A DNA stretch of 64,000 bases, taken from assembly GCA_963801165.1 (NCBI GenBank), contig CAWDDT010000003.1, positions 32,001 to 96,000 on the forward strand, written 5' to 3'. A program made the translations under genes and the position numbers. The notes beneath the pieces were generated by a model. It had not been told where the DNA came from. It saw only the letters and a list, made by a program, of their open reading frames with translations, and made no database searches. Shown here piece by piece: positions 30,767 through 40,672 of this stretch (position 1 is the stretch's first letter; each line of letters begins with the position of its first letter). This DNA comes from an uncultured bacterium (GTDB taxonomy: Bacteria > Actinomycetota > Acidimicrobiia > Spongiisociales > UBA5794).

Positions 30767-32083
30767 TCAGGCGCCTTCTAAGAGCGTTGCCTCCCATTCG
30801 CGACCGAAGGGATACGAGTAGGCGTCGATCGATGAGGGGTGCATCGTGATGCTCGTGCCGGGTGCCGTTGGAGCGACATAGTGGCCGTCGCGAATGATCA
30901 CTGGATCCACGAAATGCTCGTGCAGATGATCGACGTACTCGGTCACCCGCCCCTCGGTGGTTTTGCTCACCGCGAGGTAGTCGAATATGGACAGGTGCTG
31001 CACATACTCGCACAGGCCAACTCCACCGGCGTGGGGACACACGGCGACCCCGAACTTGGCGGCCATCAGCTGAACCGCCAGCGCCTCGTTGATGCCCCCG
31101 AGCCGGCACGGATCGATCTGGGCGAACCTTATGGCATCGCTCTGGAAGAGCTGTTTGAACATCACACGGTTGTGGCAGTGCTCGCCCGTGGCGACACCGA
31201 TACCCATCGGTTCCATGGCTTGGGCGATCCGGGCATGGCCGAGAATGTCGTCGGGACTGGTCGGCTCCTCGATCCACAGCGGCTGGAATGACGCGAGCTC
31301 GTTCATCCACGTGATTGCCTCGTCTACGTCCCACACCTGGTTTGCATCCAGCATCAGGGCGTGCTCGTCGCCGATCACACCGCGTACGAGCGCGGCGCGC
31401 CGGATGTCCTCCTGCAGATCACGACCCACCTTCAGTTTGAAATGTCGCCATCCCTGGGCCAGTCCCTCGTTGCACAGCGTACGAACCTTGTCGTCGGAGT
31501 ATCCCAGCCAACCGACTGAAGTCGTGTAGGCCGGACATCCCTTCGCCAGCACCTGCTCGAACCGCCTGTCACGACCACGGAGTCCGTCTTCCAGAATGGC
31601 AAACGCCTCATCGGGAGTGAGGGCGTCGGTGATATAGCGGAATGGGATGCACCTGACCAGATCTTCAGGTGTCATGTCGGCCAGCAACCGCCACAGCGGC
31701 TTGCCCTCCACTTTGGCGTACAGGTCCCAGACTGCATTCACCACGGCGGCGGTGGCCAGGTGGATCACGCCCTTCTCGGGCCCAACCCACCGCAGCTGCC
31801 CATCCTCGACCAGCGAGCTCCAGAAGGCTCCGAGATCGGCGGTTATCGTGTCGAGATCCCGGCCCACCACAAGGGGGGCCAGGGCCTTGATCGCGGCCAC
31901 GCAGAGCTCGTTTCCGCGGCCGGTCGTAAACGTCAATCCGTGGCCGGTCGCGCCGGGGATGTCCGTCTTCAGCATCACGTACGCAGCTGAATAGTCCGGG
32001 GCGTCGGTCATGGCGTCTGAGCCGTCTAGCGACCGCGACGTGGGGAATCGAATGTCAAGCGCGGTGAGATCAGTAATTCGCAT
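30767..32083 (-). CDS. fucD: L-fuconate dehydratase-like enolase-superfamily enzyme
   Basis: DIRFPTS..LDGSDAM..PDYSAAYV, FKLKVG, DANQ, WIEEPTSPDD, ATGEH, CPHAGGVGLCE, EYVDHLHEHF. Confidence 0.9.
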   Translation of the reverse strand: MRITDLTALDIRFPTSRSLDGSDAMTDAPDYSAAYVMLKTDIPGATGHGLTFTTGRGNELCVAAIKALAPLVVGRDLDTITADLGAFWSSLVEDGQLRWVGPEKGVIHLATAAVVNAVWDLYAKVEGKPLWRLLADMTPEDLVRCIPFRYITDALTPDEAFAILEDGLRGRDRRFEQVLAKGCPAYTTSVGWLGYSDDKVRTLCNEGLAQGWRHFKLKVGRDLQEDIRRAALVRGVIGDEHALMLDANQVWDVDEAITWMNELASFQPLWIEEPTSPDDILGHARIAQAMEPMGIGVATGEHCHNRVMFKQLFQSDAIRFAQIDPCRLGGINEALAVQLMAAKFGVAVCPHAGGVGLCEYVQHLSIFDYLAVSKTTEGRVTEYVDHLHEHFVDPVIIRDGHYVAPTAPGTSITMHPSSIDAYSYPFGREWEATLLEGA

Positions 32084-32318
32084 CAGGGCTCCATTATCAC
32101 ACGAGCGCACAGGGCGGTTGGAAAACCGAGGAAGCCTCCGGTCCGGCGGTCTCTGCGTCGCAGGCGCTCGGCCGAATTCCCGACGTTTTCGGGTGTCACA
32201 CGATCGTTCGGCCGGAGACGGCCCGGTCGATCAGCACCTATTGGCGAGCCGCTCCCGCTCTCCGCAGACGACCTGCATGTGCCGGTCGAGAGGCAAGCGA
32301 AGACCATCTGTGTCGGTC

Positions 32319-33275
32319 TCAACCAGCGCGTCGAACAACACCGCGACCCGCCCAGCTGAGGACGCGCAGCCCTCGCAGGGTGTTCCAGCGGCTTGGGAAG
32401 CCTTCCGGGCCCTCCATCTCGAAATGCGTCGGGCCCTGGTGGATGTTCTCGAGCGGCCAGCGCCCATCTTCATCGCACCTGTCGGCGACCATGTCGACCG
32501 CTTCGGCGCACCGGTCATCCGGCTCGGCGCCGGTCGCCCGCAGGTAATCGAGGGCGCGCAGAACGTCGTAGTACCAGTATGTCGGGAAGGAGAACATGGC
32601 GAATCGCGGATCGACGACGTCGCCGGTCGACAGGCTTCGGTAGAGCCGGCGTTCGAGAAGGTATTCCTCGCCTTCGTGGCGCGCCCTGGTCACCTTCTCT
32701 GAAGTTCCTCCTGCCCGCTCCCACCCGAGCAAGCCCTCGAGTACGCAGATCGTCGTGTGGAACGAGGAGACCTTCGCCCCGTACTCGGCCCAGCAGTTCC
32801 AGCCCCCGTCGGGGAGCTGGTCGCTCAGGAGGCGGTCAACGATGCCGTCGAACACCTGGCCGAAATAGGCGCCGCCGGCCAATGCGATCCCGTTGATGCA
32901 AGGCTCCGTTTCACCTTCGAAGTAGAGGGCGTCGTTTGCGTCCCACCTCACGTTGTCACGGACGAGAGCAACAGCGCGGTGTGCCTCGGGGCTGGTGGGG
33001 TCGAGCCCGAACTCACGCAACTGCTGGAGCGCGAAATGTGTTGCCGTCCACGCATCGAAGAACGGCTTGGACTCATCGACCCAGCCCGGCCGGTAGGTGC
33101 CACCGTCCCATCGCCCATCGGCGTCCTGGAGCGCAAGAAGTTGTGCCCCCCAACCCGCGCCGGGGATCCGGGCGCGTTCGGTGGCCACCTCCCCGGGAGT
33201 GGAATCCGTGAGGTCGCGCAACACCTGCCAGCGGATCGCAGGGTCGGAGTCGAGAAGCCATTCGATGGTCGTCAT
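32319..33275 (-). CDS. Conserved terpene-cyclase/prenyltransferase-fold hypothetical protein
   Basis: WLLDSDPAIRWQVLRDL, QDADGRW, QLPDGGWNC, SSFHTTICVLE, PSRWNTLRGLRV. Confidence 0.75.
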   Translation of the reverse strand: MTTIEWLLDSDPAIRWQVLRDLTDSTPGEVATERARIPGAGWGAQLLALQDADGRWDGGTYRPGWVDESKPFFDAWTATHFALQQLREFGLDPTSPEAHRAVALVRDNVRWDANDALYFEGETEPCINGIALAGGAYFGQVFDGIVDRLLSDQLPDGGWNCWAEYGAKVSSFHTTICVLEGLLGWERAGGTSEKVTRARHEGEEYLLERRLYRSLSTGDVVDPRFAMFSFPTYWYYDVLRALDYLRATGAEPDDRCAEAVDMVADRCDEDGRWPLENIHQGPTHFEMEGPEGFPSRWNTLRGLRVLSWAGRGVVRRAG

Positions 33276-33499
33276 GGCAGGGGAGACTACCTGGCGACCG
33301 GGACGGTCAGCCTGTCACAGGAGACGACTACGGCGTTCATGCCGGTCGCCTTCGTCGTGGTCCTGGCGGCCACCCCCGTTGTGACCCGGCCGGAGCTGCA
33401 GCCTAGGGTGCCTGAGGCATCGATTTCCTCGAGGCCCCTGTCATCGAACACCGCGGAATATCGGGGACTAGCGTTGCGGTGCCAAGGAGAGGAGGACGG

Positions 33500-33925
33500 G
33501 TGAGCTTCGACACATTGGGGGACGTCAACTGGCTGGCGATCATCGTCGCCGGGGTCTTGTGGTACGCACTCGGCGCCGGTTGGTACAACCGGGCTGGTTT
33601 CGGTAAACCGTGGATGCGCTCGATCGGCTGGGATCCAGAGGCGGCGCCGCCGGCGATGACGGCGCTGTCCTACGTTGGGCCGCTGGCTGCGTATCTGGTC
33701 GGGTCGACTGCCATCGCGATGATCGCCGTCGCTACCGGTTCCGACACGTTTGCTGAGGGCATCGTCCTTGGTCTCGTCATCGGCGTCGGGATCTCGAGCG
33801 TCCTGTTCTATGTGACCGCGGTGTTCGATCCGACGAGGAAGGAGCAGATGACCTGGTTCGGCATAACCGCCGGCTATCACCTCATCGGGATTCTCGTCGC
33901 GTCGATCCTGGTGTCCGTCTGGTAG
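33500..33925 (+). CDS. DUF1761-like membrane protein
   Basis: NWLAIIVAG...LGAGWY...FGKPW, ITAGY; GGAGG SD. Confidence 0.8.
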   Translation: MSFDTLGDVNWLAIIVAGVLWYALGAGWYNRAGFGKPWMRSIGWDPEAAPPAMTALSYVGPLAAYLVGSTAIAMIAVATGSDTFAEGIVLGLVIGVGISSVLFYVTAVFDPTRKEQMTWFGITAGYHLIGILVASILVSVW

Positions 33926-33964
33926 CCGACCGCAACGCCAGGTCGCGCCGCTAGCCTTGCGTCC

Positions 33965-34792
33965 ATGCCGCGCCCCTTCAAGCAGGTCGATGTATTCACG
34001 GACGAGCCGTTTCGAGGAAACCCGGTGGCCGTGGTGGTCGACGGGTCCGGTCTCGACACCGACGAGATGCGTCGCTTCGCCCACTGGACCAACCTGTCCG
34101 AGACGACTTTCTTGCTACCGCCCGAGAATCCGGGTGCCGATTACCGGGTGCGGATCTTCACGCCGGTCTCCGAGCTTCCTTTCGCCGGCCATCCGACGAT
34201 TGGCTCTTGTCACGCCTGGCTGGAGTCTGGAGGTAGACCCCGTACGAGCGATGTTGTGGTTCAGGAGTGTGGGGTGGGGCTGATTCAGCTCAGACATGAG
34301 CACGGTCGGCTCGGTTTCCAGGCGCCACCGTTGCTACGAAGCGGTCCAGTGGATCGCACCACGATGGACGTAGCGATCAAGTCGCTCGGGCTGGAGGAGG
34401 ACGAGGTTGTGGATGCGGCATGGCTGGACAACGGTCCGGGATGGGTCGGTATCCGGATCGCGGAGCCGAGTCGTGTGCTGGCGATCGAGCCCGGGTATGC
34501 GTCGCTCGACATCGGGGTCGTTGCCCCATACCCGGCCGGCTCGCCGGCGCAGTTCGAGGTCAGGGCGTTCTTCCCGGTTGGGAGCTCGATGCGTGAGGAC
34601 CCCGTCACCGGCAGTCTCAACGCCTCGCTGGCACAATGGATGCTGGCGACGGGTGTGGCCACGGCTCCCTACGTCGCAGCTCAGGGCACGGCTCTTGGTC
34701 GCCGGGGCCGCGTCTACATCGATCAGGTCGATGAAGCTGTCTGGGTCGGTGGTGACGCGGTCACCTGCATCGAAGGAACCGTCAACATCTGA
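33965..34792 (+). CDS. PhzF-family isomerase
   Basis: QVDVFT..FRGNPVAVV, NLSETTF, ELPFAGHPT, EDPVTGS. Confidence 0.92.
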   Translation: MPRPFKQVDVFTDEPFRGNPVAVVVDGSGLDTDEMRRFAHWTNLSETTFLLPPENPGADYRVRIFTPVSELPFAGHPTIGSCHAWLESGGRPRTSDVVVQECGVGLIQLRHEHGRLGFQAPPLLRSGPVDRTTMDVAIKSLGLEEDEVVDAAWLDNGPGWVGIRIAEPSRVLAIEPGYASLDIGVVAPYPAGSPAQFEVRAFFPVGSSMREDPVTGSLNASLAQWMLATGVATAPYVAAQGTALGRRGRVYIDQVDEAVWVGGDAVTCIEGTVNI

Positions 34793-34921
34793 ATCGCACC
34801 GGCAGGACAGCACGCACGATCAAGACGTCTCCGCGAGAAACCCTTACCCTGCCGGCTCGGGCCGCAGGGCTCGCTCCATCGTCGTTGGGCGCAGCCCACT
34901 TGCTGCATAGGAGGGAGATTT

Positions 34922-36178
34922 GTGACGGGCATCGAGAACAAGATCATCACGCGGCGGGTGCTGCTATCGGCGGTCGGGACGAGGGGCGACGTGCAGCCTG
35001 TGCTCGCGCTGGCGCTCGAGATCCGCAGGCTCGGACATGATGTGAGATTGTGCATCCCACCCAACTTCGTGGGTCGGGCCGAGGAGATGGGGTTCGAGGC
35101 GGTTCCCGTAGGTGTCGAGATGCGAGTGCCGGCAGCACAAGCGAGCTCGGCACAGTCAGCGTTGACCACCGAACAGTTGCAGCGTCTGCGGGAATCGATG
35201 CCGGATCTGATCACAGACCAGTTCGACTCGATTCAACCCGCTGTGGAGGAGTGCGATGTGATCATTGGTGCCAACGCCCACCAGTACGCGGCGCCATCTA
35301 TCGCTGAGCTGAAGGGAATCCCTTACGTCAGTGCCGTCTACGCACCTGTGGCCCTTCCATCGCCCGACCACGCCCCACCGCCTGCGCCTGGCACGGTTTG
35401 GGAGCCGGGACCGCCTGACGACGGCGCCCGGCTCTGGAGAGAGCACGCCCGCGTCTGGAACGAGAGGTCGCTGGAGCGAATAAACGTCAATCGATCACAG
35501 CGAGGCCTAGAGCCGATTGACGACGTCTACGCACACGTCCTGGGCAAGCGCCCGTGGCTCGCCGCAGATCCCTACCTTGCACCGATGCCTTCGACGCCGG
35601 GGTTGCAGGTCACCCAGACCGGCGACTGGGTCCTCGAGGACACGAGCCCGCTCGACCCGCAACTGACGGCATTCCTCGACGAAGGTGAGCCACCGATCTA
35701 CGCCGGATTCGGCAGCATGCCCGCCCAGCCCGAAATAGTGGGCGCGGTCCTCGATGGTGCGCGGTCCGCGGGCCGTCGCATAGTGCTCGGCCGGGGTTGG
35801 GCCAACTTCGATCCCATGGCGGGTGTGCCCGACTGCCTCGAGATCGAGGCCGTCAACCATCGGAGGCTGTTCGGTCGGGTTGCTGCCGTCGTTCACCACG
35901 GCGGCGCGGGAACGACCGCAGCAGCTATGAGAGCCGGCGTGCCGCAGGTAGTTGTCCCGATGTTCAGCGATCAGTTCTACTGGGCAGAACGGGTCCGCCG
36001 GTTGGGTACCGGCGCCGGGGTACCGGCCAAGCAGGCGACAGCCGATGCAATCGCGGTAGCCATCCGTGACGTGCTCGAGCCCGTTGTGCTAGATCAAGCG
36101 CAGATCGTCGCAGGTCACGTCGTATCGGACGGGGCGAAAGTGGCCGCGGGACTACTCGTAGCGGAGGTCGCAGGCTGA
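34922..36178 (+). CDS. GT1-family glycosyltransferase (Gtf/Rgt-like)
   Basis: GTRGDVQP, GFGSM, HHGGAGTT, PQVVVPMFSDQFYWA. Confidence 0.88.
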   Translation: MTGIENKIITRRVLLSAVGTRGDVQPVLALALEIRRLGHDVRLCIPPNFVGRAEEMGFEAVPVGVEMRVPAAQASSAQSALTTEQLQRLRESMPDLITDQFDSIQPAVEECDVIIGANAHQYAAPSIAELKGIPYVSAVYAPVALPSPDHAPPPAPGTVWEPGPPDDGARLWREHARVWNERSLERINVNRSQRGLEPIDDVYAHVLGKRPWLAADPYLAPMPSTPGLQVTQTGDWVLEDTSPLDPQLTAFLDEGEPPIYAGFGSMPAQPEIVGAVLDGARSAGRRIVLGRGWANFDPMAGVPDCLEIEAVNHRRLFGRVAAVVHHGGAGTTAAAMRAGVPQVVVPMFSDQFYWAERVRRLGTGAGVPAKQATADAIAVAIRDVLEPVVLDQAQIVAGHVVSDGAKVAAGLLVAEVAG

Positions 36179-36249
36179 CACCTGCCCGCGTCGCTTCGAG
36201 AGCCGATCCGCACCACGCTGGCCGGGACGGATGTACGCTTTGCGAGCTT

Positions 36250-37146
36250 ATGTCATCTCCCGACACGTTGACATCGCAAGAGGAACGCTTCTTGGCGGAC
36301 TCCCACGAGCACCTGCGTGCGATTGCCTACATCGAGCGACATCTGTTCGAGCCGCTCGATATTGCTTCCATTGCCGCCGCGGTGGGGTATTCCGCATCGC
36401 AGTTCTCGCGCAGGTTCACAAGGATTCAAGGCGAGACGGCAATGGCTTACGTTCGCGGCCGTCGGCTCGAAGTGGCCGCTCGCCGCATTATCGATGATCC
36501 AGCCGCTCGTCTCATCGAGATTGCGATCGAATGCGGATTCAAGTCGCAGGAGGCGTTCACAAGAGCGTTCACACGTGCGTTTGGCTCGACGCCGGGCAGG
36601 TTGCAGCGGTCTCGTGCGACGACACTTCCGCGTCGCAACCGGGTGGCCGTGGGCGTAGTGCCCACCCTCACCGAGCGTGTCGAAAGCCGTCCCGACATTG
36701 TCCTGGTCGGGTTGCGACGCCTGTTTGGTCCTGCCAACTACGCGGAGATGTCGGCGCTCTGGGAGCAGCTCGTCGAGTTCCGGCAGAAGCATGGTCAAAC
36801 GCGGAGGTCGGAGAGTTACGGCGTGGTCGTCGCGGAGGATGATGACGGCACCATCGAGTTTCTCGCGGCGACCGAGCTGCCCGACGCCGTCGAGCCCGGC
36901 CCTCCGTTCGAATCGCTCGTTTTGCCCGGTGGCGACTTCCGGGTCTTTCGTCACGTGCTCCGCGATGGGCACTTGCTAGCCGAGATGAATGCTGCCGCCG
37001 ATGCCATCGCGGCCCGGTTGGTCTCGAGCGGTCACCGCGTTCCGGCGGGAAGGATCGCATTCAAGCGATACCCCGAGCACTTCGGTCTGAGGAACCGGTA
37101 CATCGATCACTACTTTCCCGTCACATCGGCACGCAGCGGCATGTAA
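36250..37146 (+). CDS. AraC-family regulator with GyrI-like effector domain
   Basis: N-terminal AraC HTH (IAIECGFKSQEAFTRAF); C-terminal LVGLRR...LW...YGV...LPGGDFRVFRH. Confidence 0.82.
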   Translation: MSSPDTLTSQEERFLADSHEHLRAIAYIERHLFEPLDIASIAAAVGYSASQFSRRFTRIQGETAMAYVRGRRLEVAARRIIDDPAARLIEIAIECGFKSQEAFTRAFTRAFGSTPGRLQRSRATTLPRRNRVAVGVVPTLTERVESRPDIVLVGLRRLFGPANYAEMSALWEQLVEFRQKHGQTRRSESYGVVVAEDDDGTIEFLAATELPDAVEPGPPFESLVLPGGDFRVFRHVLRDGHLLAEMNAAADAIAARLVSSGHRVPAGRIAFKRYPEHFGLRNRYIDHYFPVTSARSGM

Positions 37147-37249
37147 CCAGCGTGATCGCTGGTGCTCATGGTGCGAACAGCTGTGCGTGGCGCCGGCCGT
37201 CCCGGGACGGTGAACGGACAGGACAGGCAGGCTTGGATCGTCTTATCCT

Positions 37250-38611
37250 GTGGCCATGGAGCAGACGCGACCTGTTGACGAGGTAGTTTCCGAGCTGCGC
37301 GAGATCGCTTCCCGGGACGGTGCGTGGGGGTACGGCCATGCCTTCACCTATGTCTTCGACGGGCCCGATCTCGGTCCGCTCACCAGCGAGGCCATGCGAT
37401 TATTCGCCGGGTCGAACGGGCTCGACCCGACCGCCTTCCCCAGCTTCTTGAAGTTCGAGAACGATCTGGTGGCGTTTGGGCGGTCGATTCTGCACGGTGG
37501 CGAAGCCGTGGTCGGGTCGGTGACCTCGGGTGGTACCGAATCGATCCTGCTCGCCGCCAAGGCCGCCCGGGACGCCGCCCGGGCCCGGGGCGCCGCCGGC
37601 AAGTTGAACATGGTCGTTCCCATCACGGCACACGCCGCCTTTCACAAGGCCGCCGCATACCTCGACCTCGAGATCCGGACTACCGCCGTCGACGGCGGTT
37701 TCCGAGCGGTGCCCGATGCGCTCGCACAGGCCATCGACGAGGCCACCGTCCTTGTGGCTGCTTCGGCACCGTCGTATGCACACGGCGTTGTCGATCCGGT
37801 TGCGACCATAGGCGGTATCGCCGGGGACGCCGGCTGCTGGTTCCACGTCGACGCGTGTGTCGGCGGGATGGTGCTGCCGTTCCTCGCGGATGCCCCCGAG
37901 TTCGATTTTGCGGTTGACACCGTTGATTCGATCTCGGCAGATCTCCACAAGTACGGGTACACCCCGAAGGGTGCCTCGCTCGTCCTCTACCGAACGGCTG
38001 ACCTGAGGTCACACCAATTTTTTGCGACCGCATCATGGACCGGCTATCCCGTCGCCAACGCCACGGTCCAGTCCACGAGGTCGGGTGCGCCGCTTGCAGC
38101 CGCCTGGGCGGCCGTGCAACACCTCGGCGTCGCCGGCTATCGCGACCTGGCGAATGACGCCTGGCAGGCGACCGCATATTTGCTCGATGCGGTCCGAGCC
38201 AGCGATGTGGTCGATCTGGTGGCGGAGCCGGATGCCCCGCTGTTTGCGGTGACGTCGGCAGATGTGTTTAACCACGCAGCCGGGATGAAGGAGCGGGGGT
38301 GGATGATCGGGGTTACTCCGTCGTTTGGCCCTTCGCCGGCGCATATGCATTTCACGATCACCGCAGCCCATCTGCCGCTGGCTGAGGAACTGGCCGGAGA
38401 TCTCATCGCAACCGCATCCCGGGACGCGGCAGGCCCGTCCCCGCTGGCGGGCATGGATCTCAGTGCGGTCGATCCGGCAATGATCGGCACGCTCCTCGAC
38501 TCGCTCGACCTCGACAAGGACCGGGCGCTGATCGACGCGGCGATCGACTCGCTCGAACCTGAGGCGAGAGCTGCGGCCATTTCCGCCTTCCTCCAGTTCC
38601 TGTACCGATGA
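37250..38611 (+). CDS. PLP-dependent decarboxylase-family enzyme (sphingosine-1-phosphate-lyase-like)
   Basis: NGLDPTAFPS, TSGGTESI, AHAAFHKAA, HVDACVGG, SADLHKYGYTPKGAS. Confidence 0.85.
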   Translation: MAMEQTRPVDEVVSELREIASRDGAWGYGHAFTYVFDGPDLGPLTSEAMRLFAGSNGLDPTAFPSFLKFENDLVAFGRSILHGGEAVVGSVTSGGTESILLAAKAARDAARARGAAGKLNMVVPITAHAAFHKAAAYLDLEIRTTAVDGGFRAVPDALAQAIDEATVLVAASAPSYAHGVVDPVATIGGIAGDAGCWFHVDACVGGMVLPFLADAPEFDFAVDTVDSISADLHKYGYTPKGASLVLYRTADLRSHQFFATASWTGYPVANATVQSTRSGAPLAAAWAAVQHLGVAGYRDLANDAWQATAYLLDAVRASDVVDLVAEPDAPLFAVTSADVFNHAAGMKERGWMIGVTPSFGPSPAHMHFTITAAHLPLAEELAGDLIATASRDAAGPSPLAGMDLSAVDPAMIGTLLDSLDLDKDRALIDAAIDSLEPEARAAAISAFLQFLYR

Positions 38612-39831
38612 CCATTGCGCTCATCGGGACGGCACTGCTCCTCCTCGTCGGCTGGCTGCTGCGCCGCGCCCTGCCGACCCGGGGAGTGCTGCTGGCCGTC
38701 GTGCCTGCGGCGATCCTCGGTGGTCTGGTCGCTGTTGCGATAAGGGCGGTCGGCTGGCTTCCCGCCTCGCCAGTGAGATGGCAGGACACCGCGTATCACC
38801 TCTTCGGCATCTCATTCCTGGCCATCGGTCTGACACCTTCCGGTGAGACGAGGGTTCGCAAGGGAGCTATCTGGATGGGAGTCGGGCAATGGGCGACATT
38901 CTCACTCCAGGCGGCTGCCGGCGGGCTGGCGGTACTCGCCTTCAGCTCGCTTCACGCCGGCTTTGGGTTCCTGGCGCCGATGGGCCTCAACGAAGGCCCG
39001 GGACAGGCGGTGTCGATCGGGCGCCTGTGGGAATCCGACTACGGGTTCGCCAACGCAACTTCCATCGGCGCCACGATCGCGTCGGTCGGCTTCCTCATCG
39101 CCTATCTCGGTGGTCTGTTGGTTGTGCGCCGGCGGCGGCCGGCGGGGGACGGGCTGGTCACCAGGTGGTACGGCCTAACCCGTGCCACGGTCCTGCTGGG
39201 CCTCATTGTCGTTGCCAGCTATGCGGCCATATACCAACTCGTGTTCCATGGTCTCGGTGCGGTCGACAAGGATCTCCGCGACCTGGTTCTCGGTGTCTTG
39301 TTCTTCTTCTGTCTGCTGATCGGGATGGCCGCTCGCCGGGTGCTCACCGCCCGGGGCGTCGTCATCAATGGCGCCGAGACCCGCCGGGTGACCCTCATCG
39401 GCGTCGATGCGTTGACGGTTGCCATCCTCGGCTCGCTCACCTGGGAGGCGGTCAGCAGTGTCGTCTGGCCGATGATCGCGGTGATCGCCACCGCTGTAGT
39501 CGCGACCGTTGCTGTCTTGCTGATCGCCAGGCGGTGGCTCTCGCAGTGGAGGCTGGAACGTACTCTGGCGTTGTTCGGTACCGTCACAGGGACGGCGGCC
39601 TCAGGCCTCGCCTTGCTCGCTCTCGTCGATCCCGACCTCGAGTCGCCGGTCGCTGTCGAGCTTGGTGCCATGGTGGTCGTTTCGGCACCTGTCGTGCTCG
39701 GTGGTATCGCCGTGGCGACGGCGGCCGCCTCCGGTGCGCTCTCTGCGGCCGTGGCGACGGCCACTTTCATTGCGATCGGAGTCCTGTCGCTCGGTGTGCT
39801 GGCGGTGGTGGTGCCACGCGTCTCCGAGTGA
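38608..39831 (+). CDS. GltS-like sodium:solute symporter family membrane protein
   Basis: VPAAILGG, MGLNEGPGQA, FGTVTGTAASGLALLALVDP; ATGA overlap with the upstream gene. Confidence 0.7.
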   Translation: MTIALIGTALLLLVGWLLRRALPTRGVLLAVVPAAILGGLVAVAIRAVGWLPASPVRWQDTAYHLFGISFLAIGLTPSGETRVRKGAIWMGVGQWATFSLQAAAGGLAVLAFSSLHAGFGFLAPMGLNEGPGQAVSIGRLWESDYGFANATSIGATIASVGFLIAYLGGLLVVRRRRPAGDGLVTRWYGLTRATVLLGLIVVASYAAIYQLVFHGLGAVDKDLRDLVLGVLFFFCLLIGMAARRVLTARGVVINGAETRRVTLIGVDALTVAILGSLTWEAVSSVVWPMIAVIATAVVATVAVLLIARRWLSQWRLERTLALFGTVTGTAASGLALLALVDPDLESPVAVELGAMVVVSAPVVLGGIAVATAAASGALSAAVATATFIAIGVLSLGVLAVVVPRVSE

Positions 39832-39849
39832 GAACGCCAATTAGGCTCG

Positions 39850-39879
39850 TTGACAGGCAAGTGAACACTTGCCTATTGT
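39850..39879 (+). promoter_or_regulatory. Sigma70-type promoter with ArsR operator dyad
   Basis: TTGACA-N18-TATTGT with AGGCAAGTG-AA-CACTTGCCT (39855-39874) across the spacer. Confidence 0.75.
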
Positions 39880-39882
39880 GAC

Positions 39883-40176
39883 ATGGTGAACGATGCAGTG
39901 TTCCACGCACTATCGGCCAGGGCCCGGCGGGCGTTGCTGGACGAGTTGGCGGATCGGGATGGACAGACGCTGTTCGAGCTGTGTGCCCGCCTGACCATGG
40001 GACATGGGCTCGCTCTGTCGAGGCAGGCAATCTCACAGCACCTCGATGTTCTCGAGGCCGCCGGGCTGGTGTCATCGCGGCGGGAGGGCAGATACAAGTA
40101 CCACTTCATCGATACAACGCCGATCCGCGCCATTGCAGAACGCTGGCCGGTACCGGAGCGAAAGGATGAGAATTGA
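39883..40176 (+). CDS. ArsR-family HTH regulator
   Basis: VFHALS..ARRALLDEL..RDGQTLFELC, SRQAISQHLDVLEAAGLV. Confidence 0.88.
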   Translation: MVNDAVFHALSARARRALLDELADRDGQTLFELCARLTMGHGLALSRQAISQHLDVLEAAGLVSSRREGRYKYHFIDTTPIRAIAERWPVPERKDEN

Positions 40177-40592
40177 GGATCTACATAACGAGCGTGTTTG
40201 TCGACGACCAGGCGAAAGCGCTCGACTTCTACACCAACAAGCTCGGCTTCGAGAAGAATTTCGACGTCCCGGTTGGGGCGGACCGGTGGCTGACGGTAGT
40301 CAGCGGGGAGGACCCGGATGGTCCGCAGCTGCTCCTGGAGCCATCCAACCATCCGGCGGTCAAGCCGTACCGGGACGCATTGATGACCGACGGGATACCC
40401 GTGACCTCGTTTGCCGTTGCCAACGTGAATGCCGAGTACGAGCGGCTCGTCGCCCTAGGAGTGAATTTCACCCAGCGGCCGCTCGAGATGGGCGGAACCA
40501 CGACGGCCGTTTTCGACGACACCTGCGGCAACCTGGTCCAGCTGGCCGCGCTGAACCAGAGCGAATCTGTCGACACGGAATCCCCGGGGTGA
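40173..40592 (+). CDS. VOC family protein
   Basis: SVFVDDQAKALDFYT, RWLTVVS, AVFDDTCGNLVQL. Confidence 0.88.
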   Translation: MRIYITSVFVDDQAKALDFYTNKLGFEKNFDVPVGADRWLTVVSGEDPDGPQLLLEPSNHPAVKPYRDALMTDGIPVTSFAVANVNAEYERLVALGVNFTQRPLEMGGTTTAVFDDTCGNLVQLAALNQSESVDTESPG

Positions 40593-40672
40593 GATCATCA
40601 GGGATTCAGATTGTCGGGGTCGTTCTCACTTTGCGGACGGCATATGACCGGAACCGCGGGTAGGTTTCCCCG

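Noticed and set aside
40645-40666. PafBC-type promoter (TGACCG-N10-TAGGTT) before pentapeptide-DinB
   Set aside because: Only a 4/6 match to TGTCGG; the -10 supports a leaderless promoter but not PafBC control
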